64,000 bases of DNA, from NCBI GenBank assembly GCA_035084275.1, contig CM068749.1, positions 13,950,001 through 14,014,000 of the forward strand, in the 5' to 3' direction. The notes below the pieces were generated by a model. That model saw nothing but the letters and a program-made list of their open reading frames with translations. It was not told the origin of the DNA and did no database searches. The position numbers and the translations under genes were made by a program. Of the stretch, positions 38,860 to 52,612 are shown one piece after another (within the stretch, counting starts at the first letter, position 1; the number at the start of each line of letters is the position of its first letter). The stretch comes from Hydrolagus colliei. Its lineage: Eukaryota.

Positions 38860-38985
38860 AGAACACATGGAAGGTATGGTTTGGAGGCATATGGAAAAAC
38901 TGTGGGGAAATTGTACGAAGAGAGAGAGATACTATGAAGTAATAAAATGGCAGGCTGGGCTCGATGGACCGAATGACCCACTTTT
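38860..38985 (+). mobile_element. CR1 3' UTR remnant
   Basis: aatggcaggctgggctcgatggaccgaatgacc resembles the CR1 end at 47774-47905. Confidence 0.55.
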
Positions 38986-40569
38986 AAAACTATATCATCA
39001 GGGAGACATTAAGAACAAGCAAGAGAGTAAAGAGAGTAAAGTCATATGAGGGAGAAGTCAATCATAGCTAGAAACCTCATAATAAGACACCTACCTGCAC
39101 TCTGGGGTATAGAATAGTGTAGGGATGTTGTGGGAGCAGGAACGGTAAGGAAAGCAATCTGAAAATGTGCAGTGGAAAGATTTATTTAAATATGAAATAC
39201 TATATGTACATAGGAACTCATATATTTTTAACTGTGCAATCTGTCAAATTCAATTGCCTGTTTAGTGGTGGAATTAAGATAAGATTTCTCTGCTTTATTA
39301 TATTAACATATTATTTTTATTCCATGTAAATCACAGAAATTGAAAATGGAAAGAAAAACAGATTTTGACCAGCAAATAAGGTTATGGCGTCACTTAAAGC
39401 TTTACAACCTGCAATGCTTCTGGGCATCCTTTCTAGAGCGTATTTAATGCTAATTCTAAAACACCGGATTCAACACTTAACATATTTCTGTACATCACTA
39501 GAAGCTACATAAGCCTCCAAGTGCACGTTAATCTTCATCAGCCAATTTGTCAACGGAGCGCCTATTCACAGAATGTAGCTCCATCCATCTGTCTTTGTGC
39601 TCCCGTTCAGTTATTTACAGAGCTGTTTTCAAGGGTGCAGTCACAACTGGATCCACAATTCCATCTAGTCTTAGCCTGTCGGAAAAATTATGAAATGTGC
39701 ACAAGTGTGGAAAATTCTTAAATCCAGTTTGAATTTTAGAGTTGTTTCTTGTACAGTTCCTTAGAAAAACTGGCCTCTATGTTAAGACTGAATTCAAGAA
39801 TGGTTAATGATCAAGAATATGATCTTAAACGTTAAGATAAAATGGTCTTTTAGGCTAAGATGAGGTTGAATTTCAGGCCCAGTATTCTTTACAGAAATAT
39901 TGTTGGTAGCAAGTTAAGCAAGAAAATTGCATTCTCATCATTTTTTAAGTTGGCTGGATCATAGGTCTGACCTTCAACAATACCATGCTTTGAATAGATA
40001 CTTGTGGGGTAAAATTACACCTGCTCTATATTTACTCTGTTTATATAGCATTTTAGAATGTGCAGAATTTGGCAAATTATTGAATTCAGGTTTTACTTTG
40101 AAGCCATTTCCTCTAATTCGTAAAAGAAACTGGCAGAAAAAAAACTGCATTTCAGAATTTGAAAACTACTGGATGTATCAAAATGTTACATCAATAAGAG
40201 TAAATCTCAAACCAGATGTAATTTCTACCCGGCAGTTCAGTCAACATTCCTGACAATCTCTGTCATAAGTAAATACAGTTGAACTACACATAACATATAA
40301 TTTTTCTTGCTGTGCTAACCGTCTGTTAATATTCTGCAATCAAATATGTTTGTTGCTGTCAATGTGTTCACAACCTGCAGTAAGAGGTGAAGAATGCAAA
40401 TTAGTACACCTGCTGGTTATGAATAGAATATCATTTTTTAGATGGAATAGGTAGTAGAGCAAAGCGATGTATATTATATTATTATTATACTGGGCTAATT
40501 TGTAGCAGAGAGGACTATAGAAGTTATTACAGTATTATGGAACTGCGTAAGTAGAGAGCATTTCCTCTG

Positions 40570-40810
40570 TGGTAATAATCATTGCATTTTTATGTGGCCG
40601 CCTGTTATATAGAAATATCCCAGGACACTTTTTACAATTGAAGTCGAGTGACTTATGTCATGAACTATCCAATCTGCACCAACACCAACCTAGAGGCAGC
40701 AATGATATGAATCACTGATAATCTCACGATGATGTGTTTAAATCAAGAAAATAAGATTGTTCAAGATGCTGAGAGAAATCCCGCCCTACCTCCAAATAAA
40801 ATCATCTGAT
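40570..40810 (-). mobile_element. Very old SINE remnant
   Basis: taataatcattgcatttttatgt ... caagatgctgagagaaatccc. Confidence 0.45.
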
Positions 40811-43236
40811 GCATTGATAGGGATTCGGCATGTGAAAAAAACAAGCTGGAATCTGTTGTAACATAGCAACAAGACGATCCACACATGGTACTCACCTGTC
40901 TTGTCAAATGGGGTCAGTTATGATATCGATATTATTAATCTGGCATGGTTGGGGGTAAGAGTATTAAGAGAATAATAACACCTCTGGTTACAAGATTAAT
41001 CCAGCTAAAGCAGCGGGTTCATTTTGACAGTCAGCAGTAAAAGTTCAGAAATTAATTTAGGCTGAGTTAAACTAATGACCCCCTTATACTTATTAAAAAT
41101 TAATGCACAGCAAACATTCATCATGTTATGTATTATCACTTCCACTCAGAATAGTCCATAATTAATAAAGTAAAATGTTGATCAATGCGTTCAGGGGGAG
41201 GGAGGGAGGGAGGAGGGAGGGGAGGAGAGCACAGATGTTGTCAATAAGACTTTCCTACTGATATCTCTTTGTTATGTCTCAAACATAGTCAGGTCATTCC
41301 TCTGGGTTCCTGAATTATGCTGGTTAGGTTCAATGTGCTTTACAATATAGGTTCCAATAAACCTACGCCACTACTAAAAATGCACAAACATGTAGGAACA
41401 TCCTGAATAAAATCAGAAGATCAGTTTGGATAAACAAGACACATTCGGCCCCCTTGATTACATCTCCCAAAATACCCAAACCACTGAATGCTCATCAAAG
41501 CAAAGAGTATTTTTAACACTGAGTCCGGTATCCAGGCCTCATCCAACTATCTTGATGACCTATTCTAGTTTGTGGTAGTGCCCTGAGGAACTCCCTTAAT
41601 GCGTGTGCCAATATAATGTGTTTCACGTGTTTTGTGTTATATTTACCTGCTGGTGTGTTGTCTGCTGAGCTACGCCGTCAGATTTGTGCTCATAGGTAAG
41701 TACAAACAAAGACATTGTGGTGTGTCATGACATTCAATGGATTCTGGGACACTTGTCAGCCAGAATGGGAACAAGTCAGTGAGTGGCCCTCTTGGGGCGA
41801 GTTTGAATCAGGGAATTGGAGTGGAATTTCGTCTTCATGATGTCACATGAGAGAGACATCTATATTAAATCTGTCAGGCTCATGCTGATCAGCAATGGAA
41901 TGACATCAGCTCGAAGTGTATGGATTTCACTCTTTCACAGTTCTTAGGGTTATCAGAACTCAGTAAGATATACTTCTTGGAAAATCTCCACTGCACATGA
42001 TACAAATGGATGATGCTCAGTTTGATAGGAGTGATGATGGAGCGCGTCCAAACTTAAACAGTGTTCTTTCAAACTTAGAATTTTAAATAAGGTTCTAAAT
42101 ATAAGTTTTCAAATATAAAAGACATGTTATTAATCACAATGTTAATATGAGCACGTTGCAGCGTTTTATTTATTAAATCCCATTTTGGTGTTAAGTGAAT
42201 GTATAACAAATCATAGAGTAGAAGCAAAGCCATTTATCTTAATATATGCTTCTCTCTTTTTAAAAACAATGATCTCTGGAAGCTGTTGACCTGTATCGTC
42301 TTTCTTAATGCTAAATAAAAGAATTTAGCGATTTGAATGCAAAACTTTGCCAAGACTCTAACAAACCATTCTACTGGCTTGTAATTACAGCTGAGTAGAG
42401 GGCATGATCTATAGATTACACACTCGACATACAATATGTAGAGAATATTCCACTTGACATTTTACAGATATCGCAGATGCTTTCAGTTAATCCACAGCCT
42501 TCATGCCTGGAGTGTAAACAGCCCTTAGATTTCAATATAATAAAGCTTGTTCTTTAGGGAATGTGTTTTTGGCTGAGTACCAACTTAGTTTCCGAGTTTC
42601 TGCAGTGACAAGGCATTGGGGATTCAGTAATGTCATTGGAAAAGCACTTGTCATCTAGAATTCTTAACCCCTCAAATGCAAAACCCTGACTGATGATTCT
42701 GTTATGAAGGGAATTTACAGTATCATTTACTTATGGTTTGCATGATGAATGGAAACTTTAGATACTGAAATATTACAAACATTATCAACAGTGCCAGTTT
42801 GTACCTACATGTGCACACAATCAGGCCTTTTCCTATCTCGGAAATAACGCATCTCTGAACCTTGTTTCAAGAAGTCAGCTGGTCTTTTTCTACTCTTATG
42901 TTATGAGGATGGCAGTATGAGAGGCTAACATGATCAGGGCATTGTACTTAGATTAAAAGAATCGTGTAGGTAGCTGTAGTTTGTTTTGTTTGCTACGTCT
43001 GCAGTTTCCATGAGACAAAGCTGCTATTTTATTCTGGCTCGGCAAATGCTATTTTCCTTCAGATGGAATGTGTGTGTTATGCCCAGTAGAACTATATGGA
43101 ACCAGGTATGAACTATCATACCAGCTCTGCCCATGAGTGCTTCTGCTTTGTTCCATTATTCAAGCACAAACTTAGCTTTTCTTTCATTTATCTTCCTTAT
43201 TTCCATTCTGCCTGAGACTGGAAGCATCCAGTGTAT

Positions 43237-43446
43237 AACAACAACAACAACAACTTTGATTTATATCGTGCCCTCCATATCGGATAGCATCTCAGAGCGC
43301 TTCACATTAATGGATCCCGGGACCGAGCCAGGGGCAGGGGTATAAAGGTGACCAAAGGCACGGTCGAAGAGAAAGGTCTTTAGCTGAGACCTGAAACTGG
43401 GAAGAGAGGGGGCGAGGTGAAGGGAGTGAGGAAGGGAGTTCCAGAG
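43237..43446 (-). mobile_element. L2 LINE 3' end
   Basis: (CAA)n tttgatttatat ... catctcagagcgcttca ... gggagttccagag; same family as 58244-59385 and 62169-62314. Confidence 0.92.
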
Positions 43447-43764
43447 ACTATAACCATAACAAACTTATTGTGAATTGAGGAGTTTGGGAACAATTCAATA
43501 AGAAGCAACAGAGACAGGAACCTAAAGTCTGTGGTGTTTTGAAACACATTTCCATGTGTTAATTAGCACAAGGAAATAAAAAACGGTACAAAAAAAATAC
43601 AAACTTTACCCCAAGGTAACAACAATTTCCATCCTGTTCTGTAATGCAGTAGATAATATAAGCCCCTTTATCTGAACTCCCATGAGCCATGAAAGAGAAG
43701 GGGCACCCATTAAGAAATAAGTCCCAATTCCCACAATCATCAGAAGAGAAGTTCAAATGAAACA

Positions 43765-43982
43765 TTAATAAGCCTTGCATTTGATATAGCACCTGAGCAA
43801 CAACAACAACTTAAATTTATAAAGCGCCTTTCACGTCGGGAGGACGCCCCAAGGATCATGTCAAGACGCCTCAAAGCCCTTCAGAAATACGCTGTAAAGT
43901 GAATTGACAGTATATTTTGTGGGCACAATACAGCAGCCAATTGTGCATAGCAATGTCCCACAGATAGTCGTGGATTGAGTGA
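43765..43982 (-). mobile_element. SINE 3' half interrupted by an L2 tail (~43797-43854)
   Basis: SINE tail breaks at gatatagcacct and resumes at tcatgtcaagacgcctcaaag. Confidence 0.85.
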
Positions 43983-44524
43983 ACAAGGAAGCTTAATTTT
44001 GCCATTTCTTTGCCCTGTTGACTCACTAATAAGGTTTCACTTTTCTTCTGAGTTCTTACTCAACACTAGTATATAGTCCGATGCCAATGAATTGATCTGT
44101 TCTTTAAGTTGAAAAAAGCCTGTTCCAAAAAATAGCAATAACATCTATGAGGATATGGTCTATCAGCTTTGGAGTGGTGCCAAACTGTTGGTGTTCTGCA
44201 ATGCCTTTGGCAAACATTACACATATCATGTTAAATGTTGGCCTAATTATACACCTGAGGTATTAATAATACAAGGAATTACATGCGATGGTGCAAGATT
44301 TACTGCATAAATATTTTTTATAGAGTGAGACTACTTGTGATGGGGAGTTAGCACTGAGCTCAGAAATGCTGCCCTTAGAAATAATTTCTTGTTACTGACA
44401 AATATAGATAGTTATATAGTGTTCTTCAGAGATTTCCAGTTACCTTACAACATGTGCAATAGTTAGTTCTGAAGTTCATAACCTTCTCAGATCTTATAAT
44501 TATCATAATGAATAATATCTTAAT

Positions 44525-44587
44525 TATTTCTTGGGAAATCCTCCCAGCATGATAGGTGCTAATACAAATGTAATTTTGTTGTTGTTA
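44525..44587 (+). mobile_element. L2 extreme 3' tail fragment
   Basis: cttgggaaatcctcccagcatgataggtgctaatacaaatgtaattttgttgttgtt; similar at ~28555-28610 and ~48825-48890. Confidence 0.7.
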
Positions 44588-45271
44588 TATTTGAATGTTT
44601 TCTCCTTGTTCTTGTCATTGTTTAAAAGAAATTCTATAAACAATTCTGCAGATAACCTTGGAAATTGCCATAGTGGCTTTCCAACGTAACCTGATCTTAA
44701 TATAAAGGTACTGGGGATTATAAACACGGTTCAATAATGTCAATATGAGACCAGTGTGTGTGCATTTTGGTTCTAGCTGGTTTTAAGAAAGTATTGATCA
44801 ATGGCAATTTATCCCCAAAGCAAAGTTTAAGAAATTAACAAGCTTGATTCTTTCTAGTGTATATGGCATTGACTCAAAGGTAAGATTTAATCTGTGTGAT
44901 ATTGCTGCTGAAGTCTTTTACCTATGACTTTGTTGTGCTATTTTTTGTTTTCAATACAAATCTGCCTTTGGGAGTTTTTCAGCTGTTCATTTTGAGGTAT
45001 TTTTCTCTATGGAACTATGTAAAGAACAAGAACCAGAAGCAATAAGCAAAATATGAGACAGTGACGAGAATATTTAAGATAGTATCATGTAAAATTTGAA
45101 ATGAGTCAAAGTTAGATTTTGTTTTGGAAATTCGGTTAACATATTATTTGAAAGGACAGGTGTGCTGAGGGAACTGAAATGGTAAACAAATGTTTCAGTT
45201 GATCTCATGCAATCAGAGTTGTCTCATTTATGAATTCAAAACTTACTTTAATGTAATAAAAAGTGCATCAG

Positions 45272-45402
45272 AATTATTATTAATAATAATAACAAATAAT
45301 TATCCTTGTATTTGATATAGTACCTTTCATGCCAGGAGGATGTCTCAAAGTGCTTCACAGGATTTACTGTAACGTTTAGTAACAGTGTTTTTGTGGGCAA
45401 AC
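45272..45402 (-). mobile_element. SINE 3' fragment
   Basis: (AAT)n, ccttgtatttgatatagtacc ... tctcaaagtgcttcacagg. Confidence 0.85.
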
Positions 45403-47773
45403 AACCCCCAGCAAATTTTCAAAAAAATGTTAAAGCACTTTTGAAAGAACAAGTCTCACACACACATGAAATGTTAGGTAGGACTTTGTTTAAATATTTC
45501 ACGATGGCTTTTGTTCTGAGTGCAGTCAGCATTTCCCTGACATTAGTATGGATCCCATAACATGGATCCTAAAGTCCCAAGAGCAAACAGGAAGACAGTG
45601 CCAAAATGTTTTGTTTCATGTTAAAGATCAACAGGTTAAGCACAAGATGAAACAATTTGGGTCGCGGATAGGAGCTTCACCATGTTAGTTAAAAACCTGG
45701 CAAAGCTAATCAATTGAGGGGAATTAGTTAGATTCACTTTATCTTGTGCAACAATAAGAAATACATGGAAGATATAAAATAACCCGCTGCCCATCTGCCT
45801 ATGACTTTGCTTTGATGTCTAAAGGGGGTGGGGGAGCGGAAAAGTCTTGTTTGTATTGGTTTGTTTGCAGGGAAACAACAGAGACAATTGAAACTCAAAG
45901 TAATCCTCAAGGACTGCTGTCATGGAGAGTGGGCAGATCAGAGAGGAGATAGTATCACTACAGGCTCCCTGATGTATTTAAGACTATATAAGCAGCTTCA
46001 AAAAGATAAGGATGATTGCCAAAATAACCCATCTATAGTTTAAAAAATTCACTAAGGCATTGCAGTGATAATCTCAAAATAAGAGAAAATGAATCATCTT
46101 GAACCAAGGGAAAATTAGTACAAAAATGAGTGCTGCCAGATTGTAATCATTTATGATAGGATTTCAAGCCACTTGGGTGAATGCTTAAAGTCATATCAAT
46201 CACTTATTTAGATTTTGATTAACAAAAGAAAATTGTACGATTCCAACTGTATAACATATAATTGTGCCCTTTGATCATATAGGGAGCTATATTAAAATAA
46301 TTACCAGAAGAGGAAAATTGTTTTAGTAGATTATGCAGAAGATGCAAGCCGTTAGAAAATATGTCATGTTTGATACCAGCTAATTACCTGAATCTGTGTG
46401 GCTTCTCTAGCATAAAAAGCATGGTGGTCAATTCATTATCTTCCCCTTTGGTCCTCATCCTATTCCTCGCTCCTCCTCATTCTCACGTCCCACCCTCACA
46501 CTAAACAAACTGCTAAACTTTAATTTTTGCCTTGTTATTTTTTGTGTATCTTCCTGGCTATATGTTCAGCTGTTATTCATTTGTTAGTCAATTTATCTGC
46601 CTACTGATAAGCACTGTCCCTAAATCTTGCTTTCTCTGATTCAGCCATTGCTTCAAGAGTTGTTTCTTTTAGCATTGCAGAAAGAAGCCTGGTTACTCGA
46701 GAAGGGGAATTTCTTCTTTCTGTAACACTGGCAATAGATAGCTAGCCCAGGGGCACATAAGGATAGTGTGCAAGCCTGAGGCCAGATAATGTGGATAATT
46801 ACACCATGAATGCACCATTACATCATTGGATGCAGCTTGCTGACTTCAAACCAGTATGTGTTCAAGTCACTTATTATTTGGCTCCTCTCAACTGTGATGA
46901 AACGACTGAAAAAATATAACATTGTCGGAACAAATAGTAAAATATGATTTGACTGTGGAGAATAATGATGATGAACAATTATACTGGAAGTTTTTAATAT
47001 AAACTCCAAACCTAAATAAGTAGAGTCCAGCACACGAATATGCAGGAATCCATGTCAGGGTAAAGTGTGATTCCTGGGAATCCTGGGAATCAGTTTAATG
47101 CATTTTCCGTGACGTGTCACGTTCTCGATTATGGAATTGGAATCTGTGTTCAAAAAGATTTATCAGATATCGCTATAAATCAGTGTAATATCCTTAAAGC
47201 AGTTGTCATATACACTGTATTACTGATAGATTTACAGCTTAAAATTTCCATTTCTACTTAGGAAGGATTTGTTTTGGGCAGTGGGGTGTATGACACATGC
47301 TGATACCCATCAAACATAAGTAAGAGTTTCCAAAGCAGATTGACGGGTTCCACATAACTGTATGCATACCACCTACACATTGACATTTTCCCTTGTCTGG
47401 AAAGGAATGCACACTCTCTCCCTGGAGGGATACAATTGGTGCTGTGATTAATGTACTTTTAAATTGGTCCACAATATGGGTCTCTCCAGCACCATCGAGG
47501 GAAAGTCAAACCATGTTATTACAAACTAGAGTTGTGGGGCTGCTTTCCTGTGATTCATTTCTTCAACGTCTACAGTTACCCTTCTGCTTTGACTGTTGTA
47601 GTTCAGACAACTGAAAAAAAATACATTTACTGCTTCTTTATTCTCATTTCATTGCTGTGTAAGTGTGAAAACACTCTGGCAAACCTTGGTTTGAAAGTGA
47701 TGGTTCCCATACACATCAAACCACCTTTTGCTGTGCAGATTGTTGTAGCACTACCATAATCATATCCCCAAAT

Positions 47774-47905
47774 ACATAAGAACATAAGAAATAGGAGCAG
47801 GAGTAGGCCATTCGGCCCATCGAGCCTGCCCCACCATTCAATCATGGCTGATATACTACTCTAATTCCAGCTACCTGCCTTATCCCCATATCCTTTAATC
47901 CCTTA
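47774..47905 (-). mobile_element. CR1 LINE 3' end (young)
   Basis: Minus strand: ggctcgatgggccgaatggcctactcctgctcctatttcttatgttcttatgt, the CR1 stem-loop plus octamer tail. Confidence 0.92.
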
Positions 47906-48257
47906 AGGGGTAAATACCTACTATAACTTTAACTGGACATAGATATAAGTGATCATTGGGGAGATTGGTTAGATTGTTCTGAGTCCTGAGTAATTCTATT
48001 GGACTTGCTATTTGGAGGCCACTTGAGAGATAAGATCACTCGAAAGAGGCTTTGCACTCTACCTAGAGAGAGTGTGAAGACTTAATGTTATCAAACAGAT
48101 TTCCTCCATTAGCCCTCCATCCTCTTGCCCCATGAATGGATGAAGATCTGCAGGGCCAGGAGAGCAACAAAAGACTCTGTCTTAGCCACTTAGTGAAGTC
48201 TGTTGTGGGGAAGTCAACACCCTAACAATACTTTGTTGCTGTTACATAATTTTTTTA

Positions 48258-48425
48258 AAAATGGTCACTCAATCTGCAAACTGTTTGTGGGACACTGCTG
48301 TGTGCAATTGGCTGCAGCGTTTCGCCCACAAAATATCCAGCCAATTCACTTTACAGAACATTCTGCGAAGGGCATGGGAACATCTCAAACATGCGATAAG
48401 ATGCTATATCAAATGCAAGGATTAA
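48258..48425 (+). mobile_element. SINE 3' half
   Basis: ctgtttgtgggacactgctgtgtgcaattggctgc ... ctatatcaaatgcaaggatt. Confidence 0.92.
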
Positions 48426-49130
48426 AAAAGTTTTTTTTAAATAAGCAGGAAATGGCTTTAGTGACAAGAGGAACTTCACTTGTTCAAAAGCAGGGGGTGT
48501 ATTTGTCTTCATAGCTCAAAATCAGAGGAAGACACTGCAAATGAAGGAACCAACAATAGCTAATAAAGAAAAAGCATCTGTGGCAATGACAATTGCGCAG
48601 GTCAAATAGGGTTCTTCTAATCTCCATTTAAACTAACCTTAACATTATCTGCTTAATTCACAATATTACAGAACACAGGGTTGGCATTTCCTCCGTTGAA
48701 AAGCTAAATTTGATTCTGAATGATAAACAAGCATTTGCTCTCCTAACATTAGATTTAATTAAACCATGATAATCACAGTCTCCACCTTCCCTCCCCTTAA
48801 ATTAACTGTACAATTTAATTAATATTCCTTCGACCTGAGACACAACCGCACATGAAGGGTGCTGTACAAGTTATTGTTGTTTTTGTTTTGTGTGAGCAAA
48901 ACAACAATGGAGGCAGACAAATACCATATAGCACAAGAGCAGATTGTGAGTTGACAGAGCATGTTCATTGGTGATGGGACAGGGTAATGTTATAAATCTA
49001 TGAGATAAATAAAATAATTTAAAGCGATCTATGCTATGTTATCATTCCCTTTAGTTATTCTGTTTGATCTGACACAACATGCTTCTCCACCTCTGTCCTG
49101 ATTTCATGATGCTCAGCATCTGGTGAAGAT

Positions 49131-49318
49131 CAGTGTTTCTCAACCTCTTTTGATACCAGGGTCTGGCTCAGCTTCTGTCTAAAATATGGCAGACCATTAA
49201 TAAATGATAGGTGTCTCTGTCAGTTCACTCAGTACAAAGAGACCTGTACGAAGAGTGGACCAGCTAGGAGGTTATTGTGGACTGGCAACGGTGCTCAGAT
49301 CAGTCATGGAATAACACC
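49131..49318. mobile_element. Possible hAT-Charlie-type MITE remnant
   Basis: Starts cagtgtttctcaacct (Charlie-type TIR); right end degenerate, no 8-bp TSD seen. Confidence 0.35.
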
Positions 49319-49784
49319 AGGTCATCGAAATCAGGGAAATAGAATTTGCTTACTGAGACTTAAAGGACAAAGAGATTCTAATTATTCATTGGGAAAGGAT
49401 TGAAAGGTCACGCTACAGTTTTGCACATTTGAAGAAAATGAAGTATATTTTTACTTAATAAAAGTAGAATTTTTAAAGCTTAAATGAACATAAATGCCAG
49501 AATGACTAATTGCATACGTAATGATTAATTGTTTCACGAAAGCCTTTCTCGTATAGTGCTGCCATTGATATGCTGCTTGACATTTTACAGCTCCTGTTAA
49601 CAAAATGGCAGATAGAACCATATACCATAAAACTTGAAAAAGTGAAAATGAAACATATTTCAAAAATGTCATTTTTACACGTGCCTTTTGAAGATAAGTG
49701 CCTTTCAGTGAATGTGATACAGCACAAGATGTGCTGTAAGTCGGTGTCAATTGGCCATACATGGGAAATGGAAAAAGAGGCACA

Positions 49785-50110
49785 GAATGTTTTCTCTGGC
49801 TTAGAGAAGTGAGACATCTCAGGGAGAGGTCTATAAATGAATGAAATTGTAAAAGTAAACTAAGATTAGTACTTTGGGATGTACCAAAAGAGTGGAACAA
49901 GATTACATAGGTTTAACACTGTAAAGGGCAATTTCAGGACAGACACATGGAGGTTTTCTTTATCCAGAGGGAAATAAACGACTGGAACAAATTGCCAGAA
50001 AAGATTATTGAAGCTGGGACACTAGAACCATTACAAGAAGATGGTAGAGTATTTTGAGATCAAATGGAATGAAGGGCCTTCTTCATCCAAACCTCTTTGG
50101 TGATCTTGTT
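49785..50110 (+). mobile_element. Degenerate CR1 ORF2 C-terminus and 3' UTR
   Basis: aagggcaatttcaggacagac (KGNFRTD), tggaacaaattgccagaaaagattattgaagct (WNKLPEKIIEA). Confidence 0.75.
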
Positions 50111-50719
50111 CAGGGGAGAGTGAAAACAAAGACAAATTCCATTTCAATAATAACACCAACCATCTTAAACCACAAAATATATACTGTACTAACAAGGAAA
50201 GATACATTATGATAAACTCTTTCCTCGAGAGGAGTTTTAAAAAAATGTTTATTTTTTAATGTTTTGTGCAGAGCTAGATTTTGCTTTCAGCATGTGATAT
50301 TCTGTATTTTAGGTTATATATGGCTGGAGTAGATCTATTTCAGTGAATTTTGACATACAGTAATTGCTGATCAAATAATAATAAATGTTTTGACTTCAAT
50401 TAACTCCTCCAATGAAGCTAAATAATAAACTCAATAAAGTGTCCACTAACCCTTTGACTTTTTGGAAATAAGGTAGAAAGATATTGGAAAATGTGATTAA
50501 CAAACAGCAGCATTGCAATCACAATGAACTCACCGGATGAGGAACTGAAATGGTATAAATCCATTCCTAGATCACAAAATACATCCGCAACTTGTGAACA
50601 AGTGTTTAGGGAAACGTTTAACAAATGTATTATCAGTGGATCTTTCCCAAATCAAAGGGAGATAATAATCATTGCAGAAATATCCCTTGGTTGTTCCTGG
50701 TGTTAAATATTCTGACAAA

Positions 50720-50960
50720 ACAAAGAAACTGATACTCCAATGCAGAACTAGAAGGTGACACCCTTCAAAAGAGATGTTAAACTTAGATCCCAGGATACTA
50801 AAGATCCCATTTTAAAAGAGAAATAGGGAGTTTCTCTGGGTATCTGGAACAACAATTTTCTAAATGAAATGTCCCACCAACATAGATAGTGGAGAAAACA
50901 TTAGCCAAGTGTACCACATATGCAATTCCCTCGGCTGCTTAACTGCTGCTGGATGTAAAG
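50720..50960 (+). mobile_element. Old Deu-SINE core
   Basis: gagatgttaaac ... aaagatccca ... agggagtttctctgggtatctgg. Confidence 0.6.
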
Positions 50961-51221
50961 AGTCATGTTTTTTAAAATGCTGTAAATTGGAGCGAGGCTG
51001 ACTTTCACTTATGAGAACATGGCAAGTCATTGGCTGTTCTGAAATAAAGTGGTTCTGGATCTTCTCGGAATTGTATCTCAAATGAATAACTTACATCAAA
51101 TATTCCAGTATGCGGATACACTTTAATCCATCACATTCTTAATTTATGTAACTGCTAATACTTGCATTGTGTTCACAATTAATAATGACTTGCATTCATA
51201 TGTTGGGCACGAGGTGTGCTT

Positions 51222-51575
51222 TTTAATAACAATAATGCTTGCGTTTGATATAGCACTTTATGTTGAGATGTCTCAAAGCGCTTCACACAATATATCATGA
51301 AGTGGATTGAATGGTATTTTGTGGGTGAAAAGCGGCAGCCAATTTGTGCATAGCTATGTTCCATATACAGTTGTGGAATGAGTGACCTCTCTTTGGGAGA
51401 AGGGCATTATTACCTTGGAAAGTGATCTGATAATCAAATAACAACTGGGTTGCCACGTACTGCGAGGTAAACAGAGGCGTGTGGAGTACGGAAACATGCC
51501 TAAGGTTTTGCCCCCACCAGGAATCGAATCTGTGTTCTCTCATGAGCATGCTAACCACTGTGCTACAGGACTCTA
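51222..51575 (-). mobile_element. Full-length SINE variant with different central segment
   Basis: Standard head and tail, but ~51386-51474 replaces the AT-rich linker. Confidence 0.88.
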
Positions 51576-52494
51576 CATTTTTTTTACTGAAGTTTTACCT
51601 TTATCTAGCATTCCCACTGGTCTTCATTAACATGGTGAATGGGTTGATCGCTACTGTTAGATCAGTAACAGAAACAATGAAAGGGTAGCAGCCTAAAAAT
51701 AGTTACCGACTTTCCCTTAAGGGCAATTGGCAACACATTAGAAATAAACAGTGATGTTCTAACCCACCTTTGGAATCCTATCATAAATCTTTCAGCAGTT
51801 GTTAGTTGTTAGCTGAGCTCCTCACAAACCCTAGACCTACAGACCTTGTTATTTTTATAGGGCACATTCTTCTTATTGGGTTAATCACATAGTTTTGCTG
51901 ATGCACAGTTCCTCCTACATGAATAATTGGGATGGGTTGCTCTACAGTGCAACCCACAGTGCTTTTGTCATTATAAAAACTGTTCTTCACAATTATCACT
52001 GCTTGAGCATTGGGATCCTATAAGAATGTGTATGAAAACATAACTTCTACTTCTTTGTAAGTTTAACTTGCTCTTCAAATTAAATAAATAATAAGCATTA
52101 CTGGTTAGCAAGTTTAGTACATGTACATTTACCATTTACAGGTTACCCTTGCTGTTAAATCTGTATAAACATGATTATTCTTTATTCCCCCTCCCCTACC
52201 CTCAAACAATTATTTAATTGATTGATTTTGTTGTTCAGTTTTTGGGGGCAATATGAGTATGTTGATGAAATTGCACTCTCCGCTGTGGAGCTAAGTGTTT
52301 GGATGTGAAATAACTCATTGATCAGGAGAAAAAAACACTGCGAGAAGATCGGCACTTCTGTAAATCCTGAATACTTGCTTCCGAAGGTTAGATCCTTCAA
52401 ATCTATTGGTGAATCATTCTCTTCCTTTGTCTCCACATTCTTTAGACAGAATATTCCATTCAATAACTGAGGGGGCAAGTGGTGAAAGCCCTCA

Positions 52495-52612
52495 TCAAAA
52501 ACATCATGAGAGGTCGAAATGAAGATGATCCTTCTCCCCATTTGATAATCCTTCTAGAATGCCAAGCAGTCCAAAAGTCCTGACTTCAAATACCCTTCCT
52601 GGTAACCTATTA
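52495..52612 (-). mobile_element. CR1 3' remnant
   Basis: Minus ORF has NRLPGRVFEVRT; 3' part resembles ~50060-50110. Confidence 0.6.

Noticed and set aside
41685-41701. Plus-strand recursive splice site TAG|GTAAGT (also GAG|GTAAGT near 57256)
   Set aside because: Weak polypyrimidine tract and no evidence for a plus-strand host gene; expected by chance.
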